Assembly (NCBI GenBank): GCA_044227325.1
Contig: JBGAFI010000003.1
Coordinates: 45,252-109,251, forward strand
From: Thiobacillaceae bacterium
GTDB taxonomy: Bacteria > Pseudomonadota > Gammaproteobacteria > Burkholderiales > Thiobacillaceae
DNA: 64,000 nucleotides
Direction: 5' to 3'
Below, in pieces: positions 45,598 to 55,915 of this stretch. The notes below the pieces were generated by a model. That model had not been told where the DNA came from. It made no database searches and saw nothing but the letters and a program-made list of their open reading frames with translations. The position numbers and the translations under genes were made by a program. Position 1 is the stretch's first letter. Every line of letters starts with the position of its first letter.

Positions 45598-46629
45598 ATG
45601 TCCGCATACACCGATCTCCTCGCCAGCCTGCCCGCCAGCCCGAAAACCTGGCTGATCACCGGCGTCGCCGGCTTCATCGGCTGCAATCTGTTGGAAAAGC
45701 TGCTTAAGCTGGACCAGAACGTGGTCGGCCTGGACAACTTCGCCACCGGCCATCGCCATAATCTCAAACAGATCCAGGAGGCGGTCACGCCGGCGCAGTG
45801 GGCGCGCTTCAAGTTCATCGAGGGCGATATCCGCAAGCTGGCGGACTGCCAGGCGGCCTGCGCCGGCGTGGATTACGTGTTGCACCAGGCGGCGCTGGGT
45901 TCCGTGCCCCGTTCCCTGGAAGACCCCATCACCACCAACACCGCCAATATCGACGGCTTCCTGAACATGCTGGTGGCGGCGCGGGACGCGCAAGTGGCCC
46001 GCTTCGTGTACGCCGCGTCCAGTTCCACCTATGGCGACCATCCGGGGCTGCCAAAAGTGGAGGACGTGATCGGCAAACCCCTGTCGCCCTACGCGGTGAC
46101 CAAGCTGGTCAACGAGCAATACGCGGATGTCTTCGCGAAGGCCTATGGCTTCAAGACCATCGGCCTGCGCTACTTCAACATCTTCGGCGCCCACCAGGAT
46201 CCCAACGGCGCCTACGCCGCCGTGGTGCCCAAGTGGACCTCGGCCATGATCCACAACGAACCGGTGTTCATCAACGGCGACGGCGAGACCAGCCGGGATT
46301 TCTGCTACATCGCCAACACGGTGCAGGCGAATCTGCTGGCCGCCACCGCATCCCACCCGGATGCCGCGAACCAGGTCTACAACGTGGCGGTGGGCGATCG
46401 CACCACCCTCAACGACCTGTTCGAAGCCATCCGCGCCACACTGGAACCCCGTTTCCCCCATCTCAAGGGCTTCAAGCCCACCTATCGGGATTTCCGCGCC
46501 GGCGACGTGCGCCATTCCCTGGCCGACATCACCAAGGCGAAGACCCTGCTCGGCTACGCGCCCAGCCACCGCATCCTGGAAGGTCTGGTGGAGGCCATGG
46601 ACTGGTACGTCAACGATCTCAGCCGGTGA
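45598..46629 (+). CDS. wbpP: UDP-GlcNAc(A) C4-epimerase (WbpP/TviC family)
   Basis: By recollection it is near-colinear with P. aeruginosa WbpP: [37 protein letters not shown]..., [17 protein letters not shown]. Confidence 0.88.
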   Translation: MSAYTDLLASLPASPKTWLITGVAGFIGCNLLEKLLKLDQNVVGLDNFATGHRHNLKQIQEAVTPAQWARFKFIEGDIRKLADCQAACAGVDYVLHQAALGSVPRSLEDPITTNTANIDGFLNMLVAARDAQVARFVYAASSSTYGDHPGLPKVEDVIGKPLSPYAVTKLVNEQYADVFAKAYGFKTIGLRYFNIFGAHQDPNGAYAAVVPKWTSAMIHNEPVFINGDGETSRDFCYIANTVQANLLAATASHPDAANQVYNVAVGDRTTLNDLFEAIRATLEPRFPHLKGFKPTYRDFRAGDVRHSLADITKAKTLLGYAPSHRILEGLVEAMDWYVNDLSR

Positions 46630-48086
46630 TCGCGGGGCCGCGCATCCGTCTTCCTCTTCTGGCGCTGCTCTTCCTGCTGGCTTGCCGGCCGGCGTTCGCG
46701 GAACTTCCTCCGGCTGTCGCCACCGCGCTCAAGCAGGCGGGCATTCCCGACAGCCACATCGGCATCGTCGTGCGGGATGTGGACAATCCCGCGCCACTGC
46801 TGGCCCACGGCGAAAACCGTTCCTTCAATCCCGCTTCGGTGATGAAGCTGGTCACCACGCTGGCCGCGCTGGACAGCCTGGGCGCCGCGCATACCTTCAC
46901 GACCCGGGTCTGGGTGGAGGGCGAGGCCAAGGACGGCGTCCTGTCCGGCAACCTGATCCTGCAAGGCGGCGGCGATCCCGCGCTGACGCTGGAACGGTTC
47001 TGGCTCCTGCTGCGGGAGATTCGTGCGAAGGGCATCCGCGAGATTCGCGGCAACGTGATCCTGGACGACAGTTTCTACCAGTTGGACCCCATCGATCCGG
47101 CCGCCTTCGATCAGGCGCCCTTGCGCCCCTACAACGCGCCGCCCTCGGCGCTGCTGGCCAATTTCAACACCCTCAATCTGCGCCTGGGCTTCAAGGATAA
47201 AGAGGTCGAGGCGAATATCGAGGCGGACGACGCGCCGCCGCTGGACAATCGGCTGCAGGCTTCCGGCTCGGCCTGCAACGGCTGGCGCGAGCAGCTTGTC
47301 ACGACCCTGGAGGATGGCCGGCTGGCCCTGTCCGGCCGCTACCCGGCCGCCTGCGGAGATCAGGTCCATCCCCTCAACCTGCTTGCTCCGCAAGCCACCG
47401 TCGCGGTGCTGTTCCGCACCCTCTGGAAGGAGGTCGGCGGCACGCTCACAGGCGCTGTCCTGCCCTGCGTGCCCGGCCCCGAGGCGCGCCTCCTGCTGGA
47501 GTTCGACTCGCCGCCTTTGTCCTCCTTGATCCGGGACATCAACAAGTACAGCAACAACGTCATGGCCAAGATGCTGTTCCTGAACCTGGGCGCGATCCGC
47601 TACGGCGCCCCCGCCACCTGGGACAAGGGCGCCAGGGCGATACGGGAATGGCTGACGGAAAACGGTTTGTGGTCGGAGGAAATCGTTCTGGAGAACGGCT
47701 CCGGCCTGTCCCGCATCGAGCGTATTTCCGCCGCCTCCCTGGCCCGGCTGCTGGCCTATGCCGCGCGCCGGCCGGCCTATTACGAATTCGCCGCGAGCCT
47801 GCCGGCCATGGGTTTGGAAGGCACCCAGAAGGGCCGCCTGAACGGTTCCTCCCTGGTGGGGCAGGCCTGGCTCAAGAGCGGCAGCCTGACCGGCGTCCGC
47901 AATCTGGCCGGCTATGTGCTGGGCGCGGACGGCCGGCGGCGGATTCTGGTCATGCTGATCAACCATGCCAATGCTTCCGCCGCCGGAAAAGCCCAGGAAG
48001 CCTTGCTGGAGTGGGCAGCAGCGGCGGCGGCGGATGCTGCCCCGGAGCCCGGGCGGCAGATGAGTAAAGTGGAAATTAAGCATTAA
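46626..48086 (+). CDS. dacB: D-alanyl-D-alanine carboxypeptidase/endopeptidase (PBP4)
   Basis: A GTG start overlaps the wbpP stop (GTGA). Signal peptide, SxxK motif in [11 protein letters not shown], and later [12 protein letters not shown] (KTG-like). The track ORF (from 45798) is an upstream extension inside wbpP. Confidence 0.85.
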   Translation: MIAGPRIRLPLLALLFLLACRPAFAELPPAVATALKQAGIPDSHIGIVVRDVDNPAPLLAHGENRSFNPASVMKLVTTLAALDSLGAAHTFTTRVWVEGEAKDGVLSGNLILQGGGDPALTLERFWLLLREIRAKGIREIRGNVILDDSFYQLDPIDPAAFDQAPLRPYNAPPSALLANFNTLNLRLGFKDKEVEANIEADDAPPLDNRLQASGSACNGWREQLVTTLEDGRLALSGRYPAACGDQVHPLNLLAPQATVAVLFRTLWKEVGGTLTGAVLPCVPGPEARLLLEFDSPPLSSLIRDINKYSNNVMAKMLFLNLGAIRYGAPATWDKGARAIREWLTENGLWSEEIVLENGSGLSRIERISAASLARLLAYAARRPAYYEFAASLPAMGLEGTQKGRLNGSSLVGQAWLKSGSLTGVRNLAGYVLGADGRRRILVMLINHANASAAGKAQEALLEWAAAAAADAAPEPGRQMSKVEIKH

Positions 48087-48087
48087 C

Positions 48088-48288
48088 TTATGCACACCCG
48101 CTTACTTGACACAGTCCATTCATGCAGTTAATGACCGCGTCTCGCGAGGTTGATTTTAACTTATTGAAAAATAAGGAAAATTAGACTGCCCATTTTTTGG
48201 GCCAGGGCGATAAACTGCCGTCCCATAAGGCTTTTTTGCAGTTTGGCGACATCTTTTCCACACAGTTATCCACAGGTTTCGTGGACAA
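48088..48288. promoter_or_regulatory. Cluster of four DnaA-box-like 9-mers in the AT-rich dacB/priA spacer
   Basis: TTATGCACA at 48088-48096, TTTTCCACA at 48254-48262 and TTATCCACA at 48266-48274 all match TTWTNCACA. An inverted CGTGGACAA at 48280-48288 (TTGTCCACG) has 2 mismatches to TTWTNCACA. Coordinates were verified against the overlapping track ORF. Confidence 0.55.
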
Positions 48289-48367
48289 CCGGAAAACCCG
48301 CTGACAGACCATCTAGTTCGTCCGTACTTCTCCCAACTCACTTTAACTTCGCCCGCTAACAACCGAA

Positions 48368-50575
48368 GTGGCTCCGCTACCTTCCCCCTCCGCCTCGCGC
48401 ATTGCCCGCATCGCCCTGGATACGCCGCTGGACAGGCTGTTCGACTATCTGGCGGCGGGCGCGACAGCCGACGATATCGGGCGCCGGGTGGAAGTGCCCT
48501 TCGGACACCGGCGTCAGGTTGGCGTGTTGCTGGAATTGGTCGCCAGCTCCGATCTACCGCCGGAAAGCCTCAAGTCCCTGCGTGCCATCGACCGGGAAAC
48601 GCCGCCGCTGCCCGCGGATTTGCTGGAACTCGCCCGCTTCGTCGCCGGCTACTACCACCACCCCCTGGGCGCGGTGCTGGCGACCCTGTTGCCCCCGGCC
48701 CTGCGCCGCGCCGATTCGCCGCGCCGAGCGGCGCTCCCCGGCGCCTATCGATTCACCGACTCCGGCCGGGAACATGCCGCAACGATTCCCAACCGGGCCA
48801 TGGCCCAGCTTGCCCTGGCCGCACGCCTGCGCCTGGGCGACTTGGAGCGCGCGGCGCTTTCGGATCGAGAAAAGACCCTGGTGCGCGACTGGCTCAAGCG
48901 GGGCTGGGTCGAGGCGGCCGCCGGCGCGATTCACATCGAGAGTGGCGAGCCCGGCAGCAACCCACCGTCCCTGACCGGCGAGCAGGCCGCGGTCCTCGCC
49001 GCCTTCGCCGCCGCCTCGCCAGGCTTCGCCGCCTGGTTGCTGCACGGCGTCACCGGCAGCGGCAAGACCGAGGTCTACCTGCGCCTGGTGGAGGAAACCC
49101 TGTCGCGCGGCCGGCAAGCCCTGGTGCTGGTGCCCGAAATCCACCTCACGCCCCAATTGACCGAACGCTTCGCCCGGCGCTTTCCCGGCCGCAAACTGCT
49201 CGGCCTGCACAGCGGCCTGGCGGATGGCGAGCGGCGCGCGGCCTGGCTGGATGCCCTGGACGGCCGCGTCGACATCGTGCTCGGCACCCGCCTCGCGGTG
49301 TTCACGCCGCTGCCCCGCCTGGGCCTGATCGTGGTGGACGAGGAACACGACGGTGCCTACAAGCAGATGGAAGGCATGCGCTATTCCGCCCGCGACGTGG
49401 CGGTCTGGCGCGCTCGCCAGCGCGACGTGCCGGTGCTGCTGGGCTCGGCGACACCGTCCCTGGAGACCTGGCGCAACGCCAAGGCCGGCCGCTACAAGCT
49501 GCTCAGCCTGACCCGGCGCGCGAACGCGCGCGCCGAGCTGCCCGCGGTGCGCCTGGTGGACAGCCGCACGGACCGGCCGCGCCAGGGCTTCTCCGCCGCC
49601 CTGCTGGCCGGGCTGGGCGAACGCCTGGAACGGGGCGAGCAAAGCCTGGTGTTCATCAACCGGCGCGGCTATGCGCCCACCATGCTGTGCAACGGTTGCG
49701 GCCACGTGTTCCCCTGCCCGCGCTGCTCGGCCCATCTGGTACTGCACCGCGACCGGGGCGGTTATCGCCTGGTCTGCCACCACTGCGGCCTGACCGCGAA
49801 GCCGCCGGAAGCCTGCCCGGAATGCGGCGGCCTGGATCTGCGCGCCGCCGGCCAGGGTACCCAGCGGGTGGAGGAGACCCTGGCCGAGCATTTTCCCGAG
49901 GCGCGCATCCTGCGCATCGACCGGGATACCGCCTCGCGCAAGGGCTCCTTCGCGGCGATGCGCGACCGGGTCGAGGCGCGGGAAGTGGACATCCTGGTGG
50001 GCACCCAGATCGTCGCCAAGGGCCACGACTTCCCCCATCTCACCCTGGTCGGCGTGCTCGGCGCCGACTACGCCCTGATCTCGCCGGACTTCCGCGCCAC
50101 GGAGCGCTTGTTCGCCCAGCTCATGCAGGTCTCGGGCCGCGCCGGCCGGGCCGAGCACGCGGGCGAGGTGCTGATCCAGACCGCGTATCCGCGGCATCCC
50201 CTGTACCAGTCCCTGGTGCGCCACGACTATCCCGGGTTCGCCGAAACCGCCTTGCGCGAGCGGCGCGGCGCCGACGCGCCGCCCTATGCCAGCCAGGCCC
50301 TGCTGCGCGCCGAGGCGGCTTCCGAGGAGGCCGCGCTGGGATTCCTGATCGCCGCCCGGGAAGCGGGGCTGGGTCTGGGCCAGGGCGTCGTCCTGTTCGA
50401 TCCGGTGTCCGCGCTCATGGCCAAGGTGGCCAATCGGCACCGCATGCAACTGCTGGCGCAAAGTGGCGCCCGGACACGCTTGCAGCGCTTCCTGGACGAC
50501 TGGCTCCCGCTGCTGCCGGGCCTGCCCGGCAAGGGCGTGCGCTGGAGCCTGGACGTGGATCCGGTGGATTATTGA
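48368..50575 (+). CDS. priA: Primosomal replication-restart helicase PriA
   Basis: 735 aa. Walker A GVTGSGKTEV, DEEH box, and a Cys-rich zinc region CNGCGHVFPCPRCSAHLVLHR...CHHCG...CPECG. Confidence 0.95.
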   Translation: MAPLPSPSASRIARIALDTPLDRLFDYLAAGATADDIGRRVEVPFGHRRQVGVLLELVASSDLPPESLKSLRAIDRETPPLPADLLELARFVAGYYHHPLGAVLATLLPPALRRADSPRRAALPGAYRFTDSGREHAATIPNRAMAQLALAARLRLGDLERAALSDREKTLVRDWLKRGWVEAAAGAIHIESGEPGSNPPSLTGEQAAVLAAFAAASPGFAAWLLHGVTGSGKTEVYLRLVEETLSRGRQALVLVPEIHLTPQLTERFARRFPGRKLLGLHSGLADGERRAAWLDALDGRVDIVLGTRLAVFTPLPRLGLIVVDEEHDGAYKQMEGMRYSARDVAVWRARQRDVPVLLGSATPSLETWRNAKAGRYKLLSLTRRANARAELPAVRLVDSRTDRPRQGFSAALLAGLGERLERGEQSLVFINRRGYAPTMLCNGCGHVFPCPRCSAHLVLHRDRGGYRLVCHHCGLTAKPPEACPECGGLDLRAAGQGTQRVEETLAEHFPEARILRIDRDTASRKGSFAAMRDRVEAREVDILVGTQIVAKGHDFPHLTLVGVLGADYALISPDFRATERLFAQLMQVSGRAGRAEHAGEVLIQTAYPRHPLYQSLVRHDYPGFAETALRERRGADAPPYASQALLRAEAASEEAALGFLIAAREAGLGLGQGVVLFDPVSALMAKVANRHRMQLLAQSGARTRLQRFLDDWLPLLPGLPGKGVRWSLDVDPVDY

Positions 50576-50660
50576 AAGGAGAGATGGGCAAAGCTGGACA
50601 GGATAGAAAAACTTAACTGGCGACAAATCAAACACCTATTAGACTGAACGCCAGTCCGCC

Positions 50661-52583
50661 ATGAAGCAGAAGACAAACATGACAAGCCCACAAGGAGACC
50701 CGGCGCCGGCGCCGGAATTGGAGCCCCGGTTGGCATCCCTGCTGCAACGCCACGGCGGCCAGCCGCACCGGCTTTTGCAGGTGCTGAGGGAAATCCAGGA
50801 AACCTACCAATCCATCTCTCCCCAGGCGGTCAGCCGGGTCGCGCAGGCGCTGGACGTGCCGCTCGCGCGCATCTGGGGCGTCATCGGCTTCTACGCGTTT
50901 CTTACCGCCGAGCCCTGGGGCCGCTACCGGGTGCTGTTCTCCGACAACATCACCGACCGCATGCTGGGCAATCGGGATTTGCTCGCCGCCCTGTGCGAAA
51001 AACTCTGGGTGGAAAAAGGCCGCATGTCCGAGGATGGCCTGGTCTCGGTGGACACCACGTCCTGCACCGGCCTGTGCGACCAGGGGCCGGCGATCCTGGT
51101 GAACGGCCGCGCGATCCCCAACATCACGCCCCAGCGGCTGGACCGCATCGCCGAACTGATCCTGGCGCAAACGCCGATGGAAGCCTGGCCCGCCGAACTG
51201 TTCGCCATCAAGGACAACATCCGGCGCAAGGACATCCTGCTCGACCACGCTATCCAGCCCGGCGATGCCCTGCGCGCCGCCATGGCCCAGGTCTGCGTGC
51301 CAGGCAGCGCGGTGGAGGCCGCCGCCAACGAGCGTTCCTGGCGCGAGGGCATCCCCAGCGTCGCCCTGTGCGGTCCGCTCGCCACGCTGGAGGAGATCAA
51401 GCGTTCCAACCTGCGCGGACGCGGCGGCGCCGGCTTCACCACCGGCATGAAGTGGGAGGCCTGCCGCAACGCCGACGGCAAGCCCCGCTACGTGGTGTGC
51501 AACGCCGACGAGGGCGAACCGGGCACCTTCAAGGACCGGGTCTTGCTGCGTTCCTACGCGGATTTGGTGTTCGAGGGCATGACCGTGTGCGCCTACGCCA
51601 TCGGCGCCAGCCACGGCTTCCTCTACCTGCGCGGCGAATACCGCTTCCTGCTCGATCCCCTGAATGAAGTCCTGGCCCGGCGCAGGGCGGAAAACCTGTT
51701 GGGCGATGGCATCCTCGGCCAGCAGGGCTTCGACTTCGACATCGAGATCCACCTGGGCGCCGGCGCCTACGTGTGCGGCGAGGAATCCGCCCTGATCGAA
51801 TCCCTGGAAGGCAAGCGCGGCGTGCCGCGCAACCGGCCGCCCTATCCGGTCACCCACGGCTACCTGCAGAAACCCACCACGGTGAACAACGTGGAGACCT
51901 TCTGCGCCGCGGCCCTCATCGCCAAGCACGGCGGCGACTGGTACCGCGCCGTCGGCACCGCCAAATCCGCCGGCACCAAGCTACTGTCCGTGTCCGGCGA
52001 CTGCGCCCGGCCCGGCATCTACGAATACCCCTTCGGCACCACGGTGCGCCAGGTGCTGGAGGATTGCGGCGCCACGGATGCCTTGGCGGTGCAGATCAGC
52101 GGACCGTCCGGTGTGTGCATCGACGCCTCGGAATTCGACCGTCGCATCGCCTTCGAGGATCTGCCCACCGCCGGCGCCTTCACCGTGTTCGACAGCAGCC
52201 GGGACATGTTCGAGGTGGCGCGCAACTACGCCCACTTCTTCGCCCACGAAAGCTGCGGTTTCTGCACCCCCTGCCGGGTCGGCACCGCCATGCTGAAGAC
52301 CACCATGGACAAGATCGCCGAGGGGCACGGCACCCCCTTCGACCTCGCCGAGGTCGAGAAGCTGGACCGGGTGCTGCACCAGAGCGCCCATTGCGGCCTC
52401 GGCCACACCGCCTGCAATCCCACCCTGGACACCCTCAAGCGCTTCCGGCCCATGTACGAGCGCCGCCTCAAGTCCCTGGACTTCGAACCCGCCTTCGACC
52501 TGGACGGCGCCCTGGCCACGGCCCGGCGCATGACCGGAAGGGACGACGCGGGCGCCCACCTTTCCATGGAAGCCGAGTCATGA
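50661..52583 (+). CDS. hoxF: NAD-reducing [NiFe] hydrogenase diaphorase subunit HoxF (NuoE-like + NuoF-like fusion)
   Basis: 640 aa. NuoF-type NADH/FMN region (GRGGAGFTTGMKW, CNADEGEPGTFKDR) and 4Fe-4S motif ESCGFCTPCRVG. The N-terminal thioredoxin-like NuoE domain lacks the first Cys pair. Confidence 0.88.
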   Translation: MKQKTNMTSPQGDPAPAPELEPRLASLLQRHGGQPHRLLQVLREIQETYQSISPQAVSRVAQALDVPLARIWGVIGFYAFLTAEPWGRYRVLFSDNITDRMLGNRDLLAALCEKLWVEKGRMSEDGLVSVDTTSCTGLCDQGPAILVNGRAIPNITPQRLDRIAELILAQTPMEAWPAELFAIKDNIRRKDILLDHAIQPGDALRAAMAQVCVPGSAVEAAANERSWREGIPSVALCGPLATLEEIKRSNLRGRGGAGFTTGMKWEACRNADGKPRYVVCNADEGEPGTFKDRVLLRSYADLVFEGMTVCAYAIGASHGFLYLRGEYRFLLDPLNEVLARRRAENLLGDGILGQQGFDFDIEIHLGAGAYVCGEESALIESLEGKRGVPRNRPPYPVTHGYLQKPTTVNNVETFCAAALIAKHGGDWYRAVGTAKSAGTKLLSVSGDCARPGIYEYPFGTTVRQVLEDCGATDALAVQISGPSGVCIDASEFDRRIAFEDLPTAGAFTVFDSSRDMFEVARNYAHFFAHESCGFCTPCRVGTAMLKTTMDKIAEGHGTPFDLAEVEKLDRVLHQSAHCGLGHTACNPTLDTLKRFRPMYERRLKSLDFEPAFDLDGALATARRMTGRDDAGAHLSMEAES

Positions 52584-53338
52584 CCGAGACCGCCACCTTT
52601 CTCCTCGACGGCGAGGAAGTCCCGTTCCAGCCCGGCCAGACCGTGATCCAGGCGGCGCTGAGCGCGGGGCGCTATATTCCCCACCTGTGCTACCACCCGG
52701 AGTTCAGGCCCCACGGCAGTTGCAAGGTGTGCACGGTGAAGGTGAACGGCCGCATGGGCGCGTCCTGCACCCTGCCCGCCCAGGCCGGCCTGGAAGTGGA
52801 AAGCGAGACGGACGAGATCAACGATCTGCGCCGCACCCTGGTGCAGATGCTGTTCGCCGAAGGCAACCATTTCTGCCCCTCCTGCGAGAAGAGCGGCAAT
52901 TGCACCCTGCAGGCCCTGGGCTACGACCTGGGTGTGATGACCGCCGGCTTCCGCCACTTCTTCCCGGAACGGCCGGTGGATGCCTCCCACCCGGACATCC
53001 TGCTCGACTTCAACCGCTGCATCCTGTGCGAACTGTGCGTGCGCGCCTCCTGCGAAGTGGACGACAAGTGCGTGTTCGCCCTGTCCGGGCGCGGCCTGGA
53101 CAAGCATCTGGTGGTCAACGCGGAATCCGGCCTGCTGGTGGATACCGACGTGGCGCTCAGCGACAAGGCCTTGGCCGTGTGCCCGGTGGGCGTGATCCTG
53201 AAGAAACGGGTCGGCTTCGCCCAGCCCATCGGCCAGCGCCGCTTCGACCCGGAGCCCATCAGCGCCCAGGCCCTGCGCGACGCGCCGCGCGCCCAGTCCG
53301 GCGCGGGCCATTGCGCCGCCTGCGAGGTGGAAGAATGA
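52580..53338 (+). CDS. hoxU: Hydrogenase diaphorase Fe-S subunit HoxU (NuoG N-terminal-like)
   Basis: ATGA overlap with hoxF. 2Fe-2S motif (CYHPEFRPHGSCKVCTV) and 4Fe-4S motifs (CPSCEKSGNC; CILCELCVRAC-like). Confidence 0.85.
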   Translation: MTETATFLLDGEEVPFQPGQTVIQAALSAGRYIPHLCYHPEFRPHGSCKVCTVKVNGRMGASCTLPAQAGLEVESETDEINDLRRTLVQMLFAEGNHFCPSCEKSGNCTLQALGYDLGVMTAGFRHFFPERPVDASHPDILLDFNRCILCELCVRASCEVDDKCVFALSGRGLDKHLVVNAESGLLVDTDVALSDKALAVCPVGVILKKRVGFAQPIGQRRFDPEPISAQALRDAPRAQSGAGHCAACEVEE

Positions 53339-53892
53339 ACGCCCCGGTCGAAGCGAAGAAGAAGCTGCGCGTCGCCACCACCTCCCTGGCCGGCTGCTTC
53401 GGCTGCCACATGTCCCTCCTGGACATCGACGAGCGCCTGTTCCCGTTGCTGGAGCTGATCGAGTTCGACCGCTCGCCGCTGACCGACATCAAGCACTGCG
53501 GTCCCTGCGACATCGGCATCGTCGAGGGCGGCATCTGCAACGCGGAAAACGTCCACGTGCTGCGCGAGTTCCGCAACAACTGCAAGATCCTCATCGCCAT
53601 CGGCGCCTGCGCGGTGACCGGCGGTCTGCCCGCCCAGCGCAACCACCTGGACCTGGGCGACTGCCTGTCGGAGGTCTACCTGACCGAGGGCGGCCTGGAG
53701 AAGGGCCTCATCCCCAACGATCCGGAACTGCCCCTGCCCCTGGACAAGGTGCACCCGCTGCATGAAGTCGTGAAGGTGGATTACTTCATCCCCGGCTGCC
53801 CGCCCTCGGCGGACGCCATCTGGAAATTCCTCACCGACCTCATCGCCGGGCGCACGCCCAAGCTGGGGCACGGCCTGATCAAGTACGACTGA
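53335..53892 (+). CDS. hoxY: [NiFe] hydrogenase small subunit HoxY
   Basis: ATGA overlap with hoxU. ...[13 protein letters not shown]... and ...IPGCPP..., typical of group 3 small subunits. Confidence 0.85.
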   Translation: MNAPVEAKKKLRVATTSLAGCFGCHMSLLDIDERLFPLLELIEFDRSPLTDIKHCGPCDIGIVEGGICNAENVHVLREFRNNCKILIAIGACAVTGGLPAQRNHLDLGDCLSEVYLTEGGLEKGLIPNDPELPLPLDKVHPLHEVVKVDYFIPGCPPSADAIWKFLTDLIAGRTPKLGHGLIKYD

Positions 53893-53903
53893 AGGTTGAC
53901 CGC

Positions 53904-55382
53904 ATGAGCCTGGAACTGGAAACCGCCACCAATCCCGAAGCTTTGCGCCGGGTCGCCATCGAGCCCATTTCCCGGGTCGAGGGCCACGGCAAGGTCACCC
54001 TGCTGCTGGACGAGGATGACCACGTCCGGCAGGCGCGCCTGCACATCGTCGAATTCCGCGGCTTCGAGAAGTTCGTCCAGGGCCGGCCGTTCTGGGAGAT
54101 CCCGGTCATGGTGCAGCGCCTGTGCGGCATCTGCCCCGTGTCCCACCACCTGGCCGCGTCCAAGGCCATGGACCAGATCGTCGGCGTGGATCACCTCACG
54201 CCCGCGGCGGAGAAGCTGCGCCGGCTCATGCACTATGGCCAGATCCTGCAATCCCACGCCCTGCACTTCTTCCATCTGTCCTCGCCGGACCTGCTGTTCG
54301 GCTTCGATTCCGACATGGCGAAGCGCAACATCGTCGGCGTCGCCGCCGCCCATCCCGAGGTGGCGAAGCAGGGCGTGCTGCTGCGCAAGTACGGCCAGGA
54401 GGTCATCCGCCTCACCGCCGGCAAGCGAGTGCACGGCACCAGCGCGATTCCCGGCGGCGTCAACAAGAACCTGAGCGCGGAAGAGCGGGATTTCCTGCTC
54501 AAGGACATCTATCAGATCATCGGCTGGTGCCGGGACGCGGTGCATCTCGCGCGCAACCTGTTCGAGCAGAACCTGGCGCTCTACAACACGTTCGGCCGCT
54601 TCCGCGCCCACAGCCTGTCCCTGATCCGCGCCGACGGCGCCATGGACCTCTACCACGGCGGCCTGCGAGCCCGCGACATGGACGGCAAGACCCTGTTCGA
54701 CCACGTGGAATACAGCCATTACTGGGACCACATCCACGAGCAGGTGAAATCCTGGTCCTACATGAAATTCCCCTTCTTCCGCCAGTTCGGCCCGGAGGAA
54801 GGCTGGTACCGGGTCGGGCCGCTGACCCGGGTCACCCAGTGCGACTTCATCCCGACCCCCTTCGCCGACCACGAGCGGCGCGACTTCCTGGCCTTCGACG
54901 GCGGCAGCGCCGCGGGCGCCACCCTGGGCTACCACTGGGCGCGCATGATCGAGATGCTGCATGCCGCCGAGATGATCAAGGAGCTGCTGCACGATGACGA
55001 TCTGCTGGGCAGCGACCTGGTGGTCACCGGCGAGCGCCGGGAGCGGGGCGTGGGCATGATCGAGGCGCCGCGCGGCACCCTGATCCACCACTACCGGGTG
55101 GACGAGAACGATCTGGTGGTGCGCGCCAACCTCATCGTCTCCACCACCCACAACAACCAGGCCATGAACGAGGCCATCCGCCAGGTGGCGCGCCAGCACC
55201 TGGACGGCCGCAAGCTCAGCGAGGGCCTGCTCAACCACATCGAGGTGGCGGTGCGCGCCTTCGATCCCTGCCTGTCCTGCGCCACCCACGCCCTGGGCAA
55301 GATGCCCCTGGAGGTGGAACTGCTGGACGCGGAAGGCACCCGCCTGGATGCCGTCACCCGGGACATGCAGGGCTTTTGTTGA
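53904..55382 (+). CDS. hoxH: [NiFe] hydrogenase large subunit HoxH
   Basis: N-terminal RVEGHG and [10 protein letters not shown] (L1/L2 motifs). C-terminal DPCLSCATH followed by a cleavable extension. Confidence 0.92.
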   Translation: MSLELETATNPEALRRVAIEPISRVEGHGKVTLLLDEDDHVRQARLHIVEFRGFEKFVQGRPFWEIPVMVQRLCGICPVSHHLAASKAMDQIVGVDHLTPAAEKLRRLMHYGQILQSHALHFFHLSSPDLLFGFDSDMAKRNIVGVAAAHPEVAKQGVLLRKYGQEVIRLTAGKRVHGTSAIPGGVNKNLSAEERDFLLKDIYQIIGWCRDAVHLARNLFEQNLALYNTFGRFRAHSLSLIRADGAMDLYHGGLRARDMDGKTLFDHVEYSHYWDHIHEQVKSWSYMKFPFFRQFGPEEGWYRVGPLTRVTQCDFIPTPFADHERRDFLAFDGGSAAGATLGYHWARMIEMLHAAEMIKELLHDDDLLGSDLVVTGERRERGVGMIEAPRGTLIHHYRVDENDLVVRANLIVSTTHNNQAMNEAIRQVARQHLDGRKLSEGLLNHIEVAVRAFDPCLSCATHALGKMPLEVELLDAEGTRLDAVTRDMQGFC

Positions 55383-55840
55383 GCCGGATCGCGGGCAAGG
55401 CCGGCCGACTGATCATCGGCATCGGCAACCCCAGCCGGGGGGATGACGCCGTCGGGCCGCTCGCCATAGAGCGCCTGGAGGCGATGAACCTGCCCGACGT
55501 GGAACTGCTGACGGACTTCCAGTTGCAGGTGGAATACCTGCTGGACATGGAAGGGCGGGACCGGGTCATCTTCATCGACGCGAGCCTCGCGGGCGATGGG
55601 CCGTTTCGCTTCGATCCCGTCCATGCGCTGGAAGACCACAGTTTCTCCTCCCACGCGCTTTCCCCGGCGGCCGTCCTGGCCGCCTTCCTTCGCCATTACG
55701 GCCGGCCGCCGCCACCCAGCTTCGTGCTGGCCATCCGCGCCCACGCATTCGAACTGGGCGCGGATTTGAGCGTCGCCGCCGAGGCCAATCTCGCGGCGGC
55801 CCTGGGTTTTCTCGCCGGCTATCTGGCCGGTCCGCCATGA
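55376..55840 (+). CDS. hoxW: Hydrogenase maturation endopeptidase HoxW
   Basis: 154 aa with IIGIGNPSRGDDAVG, typical of HybD/HoxW proteases. It overlaps the hoxH end. The start is non-ATG per the track. Confidence 0.8.
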   Translation: MLSRIAGKAGRLIIGIGNPSRGDDAVGPLAIERLEAMNLPDVELLTDFQLQVEYLLDMEGRDRVIFIDASLAGDGPFRFDPVHALEDHSFSSHALSPAAVLAAFLRHYGRPPPPSFVLAIRAHAFELGADLSVAAEANLAAALGFLAGYLAGPP

Positions 55841-55915
55841 GAATGTTTTCCGCTTCAAGTATTTTCCGGACGGTCCGATAAGACTTATCTCCGTCATCCA
55901 ATTTCAGAAGTTCCC

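Noticed and set aside
45798-46625. The N-terminal 276 aa of the 762-aa track ORF preceding PBP4.
   Set aside because: This part lies in an alternative frame of wbpP, which is near-colinear with known WbpP. The PBP4 signal peptide begins at the GTG at 46626, which overlaps the wbpP stop.
48100-48240. A possible small RNA in the dacB/priA spacer: a TTGACA-N17-TAATGA promoter-like motif at ~48105-48133, and weak hairpins followed by T-runs at ~48188-48236.
   Set aside because: The stems are only 3-5 bp and the -10 element is poor. This is not enough evidence without transcript data.
48088-48367. The idea that the DnaA-box spacer is the chromosomal origin (oriC).
   Set aside because: This is not adopted as a call. 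I see only four boxes, no repeated AT-rich 13-mer-like unwinding element, and no dnaA/dnaN/gidA flank. I kept it as a regulatory or titration-site hypothesis in the findings.
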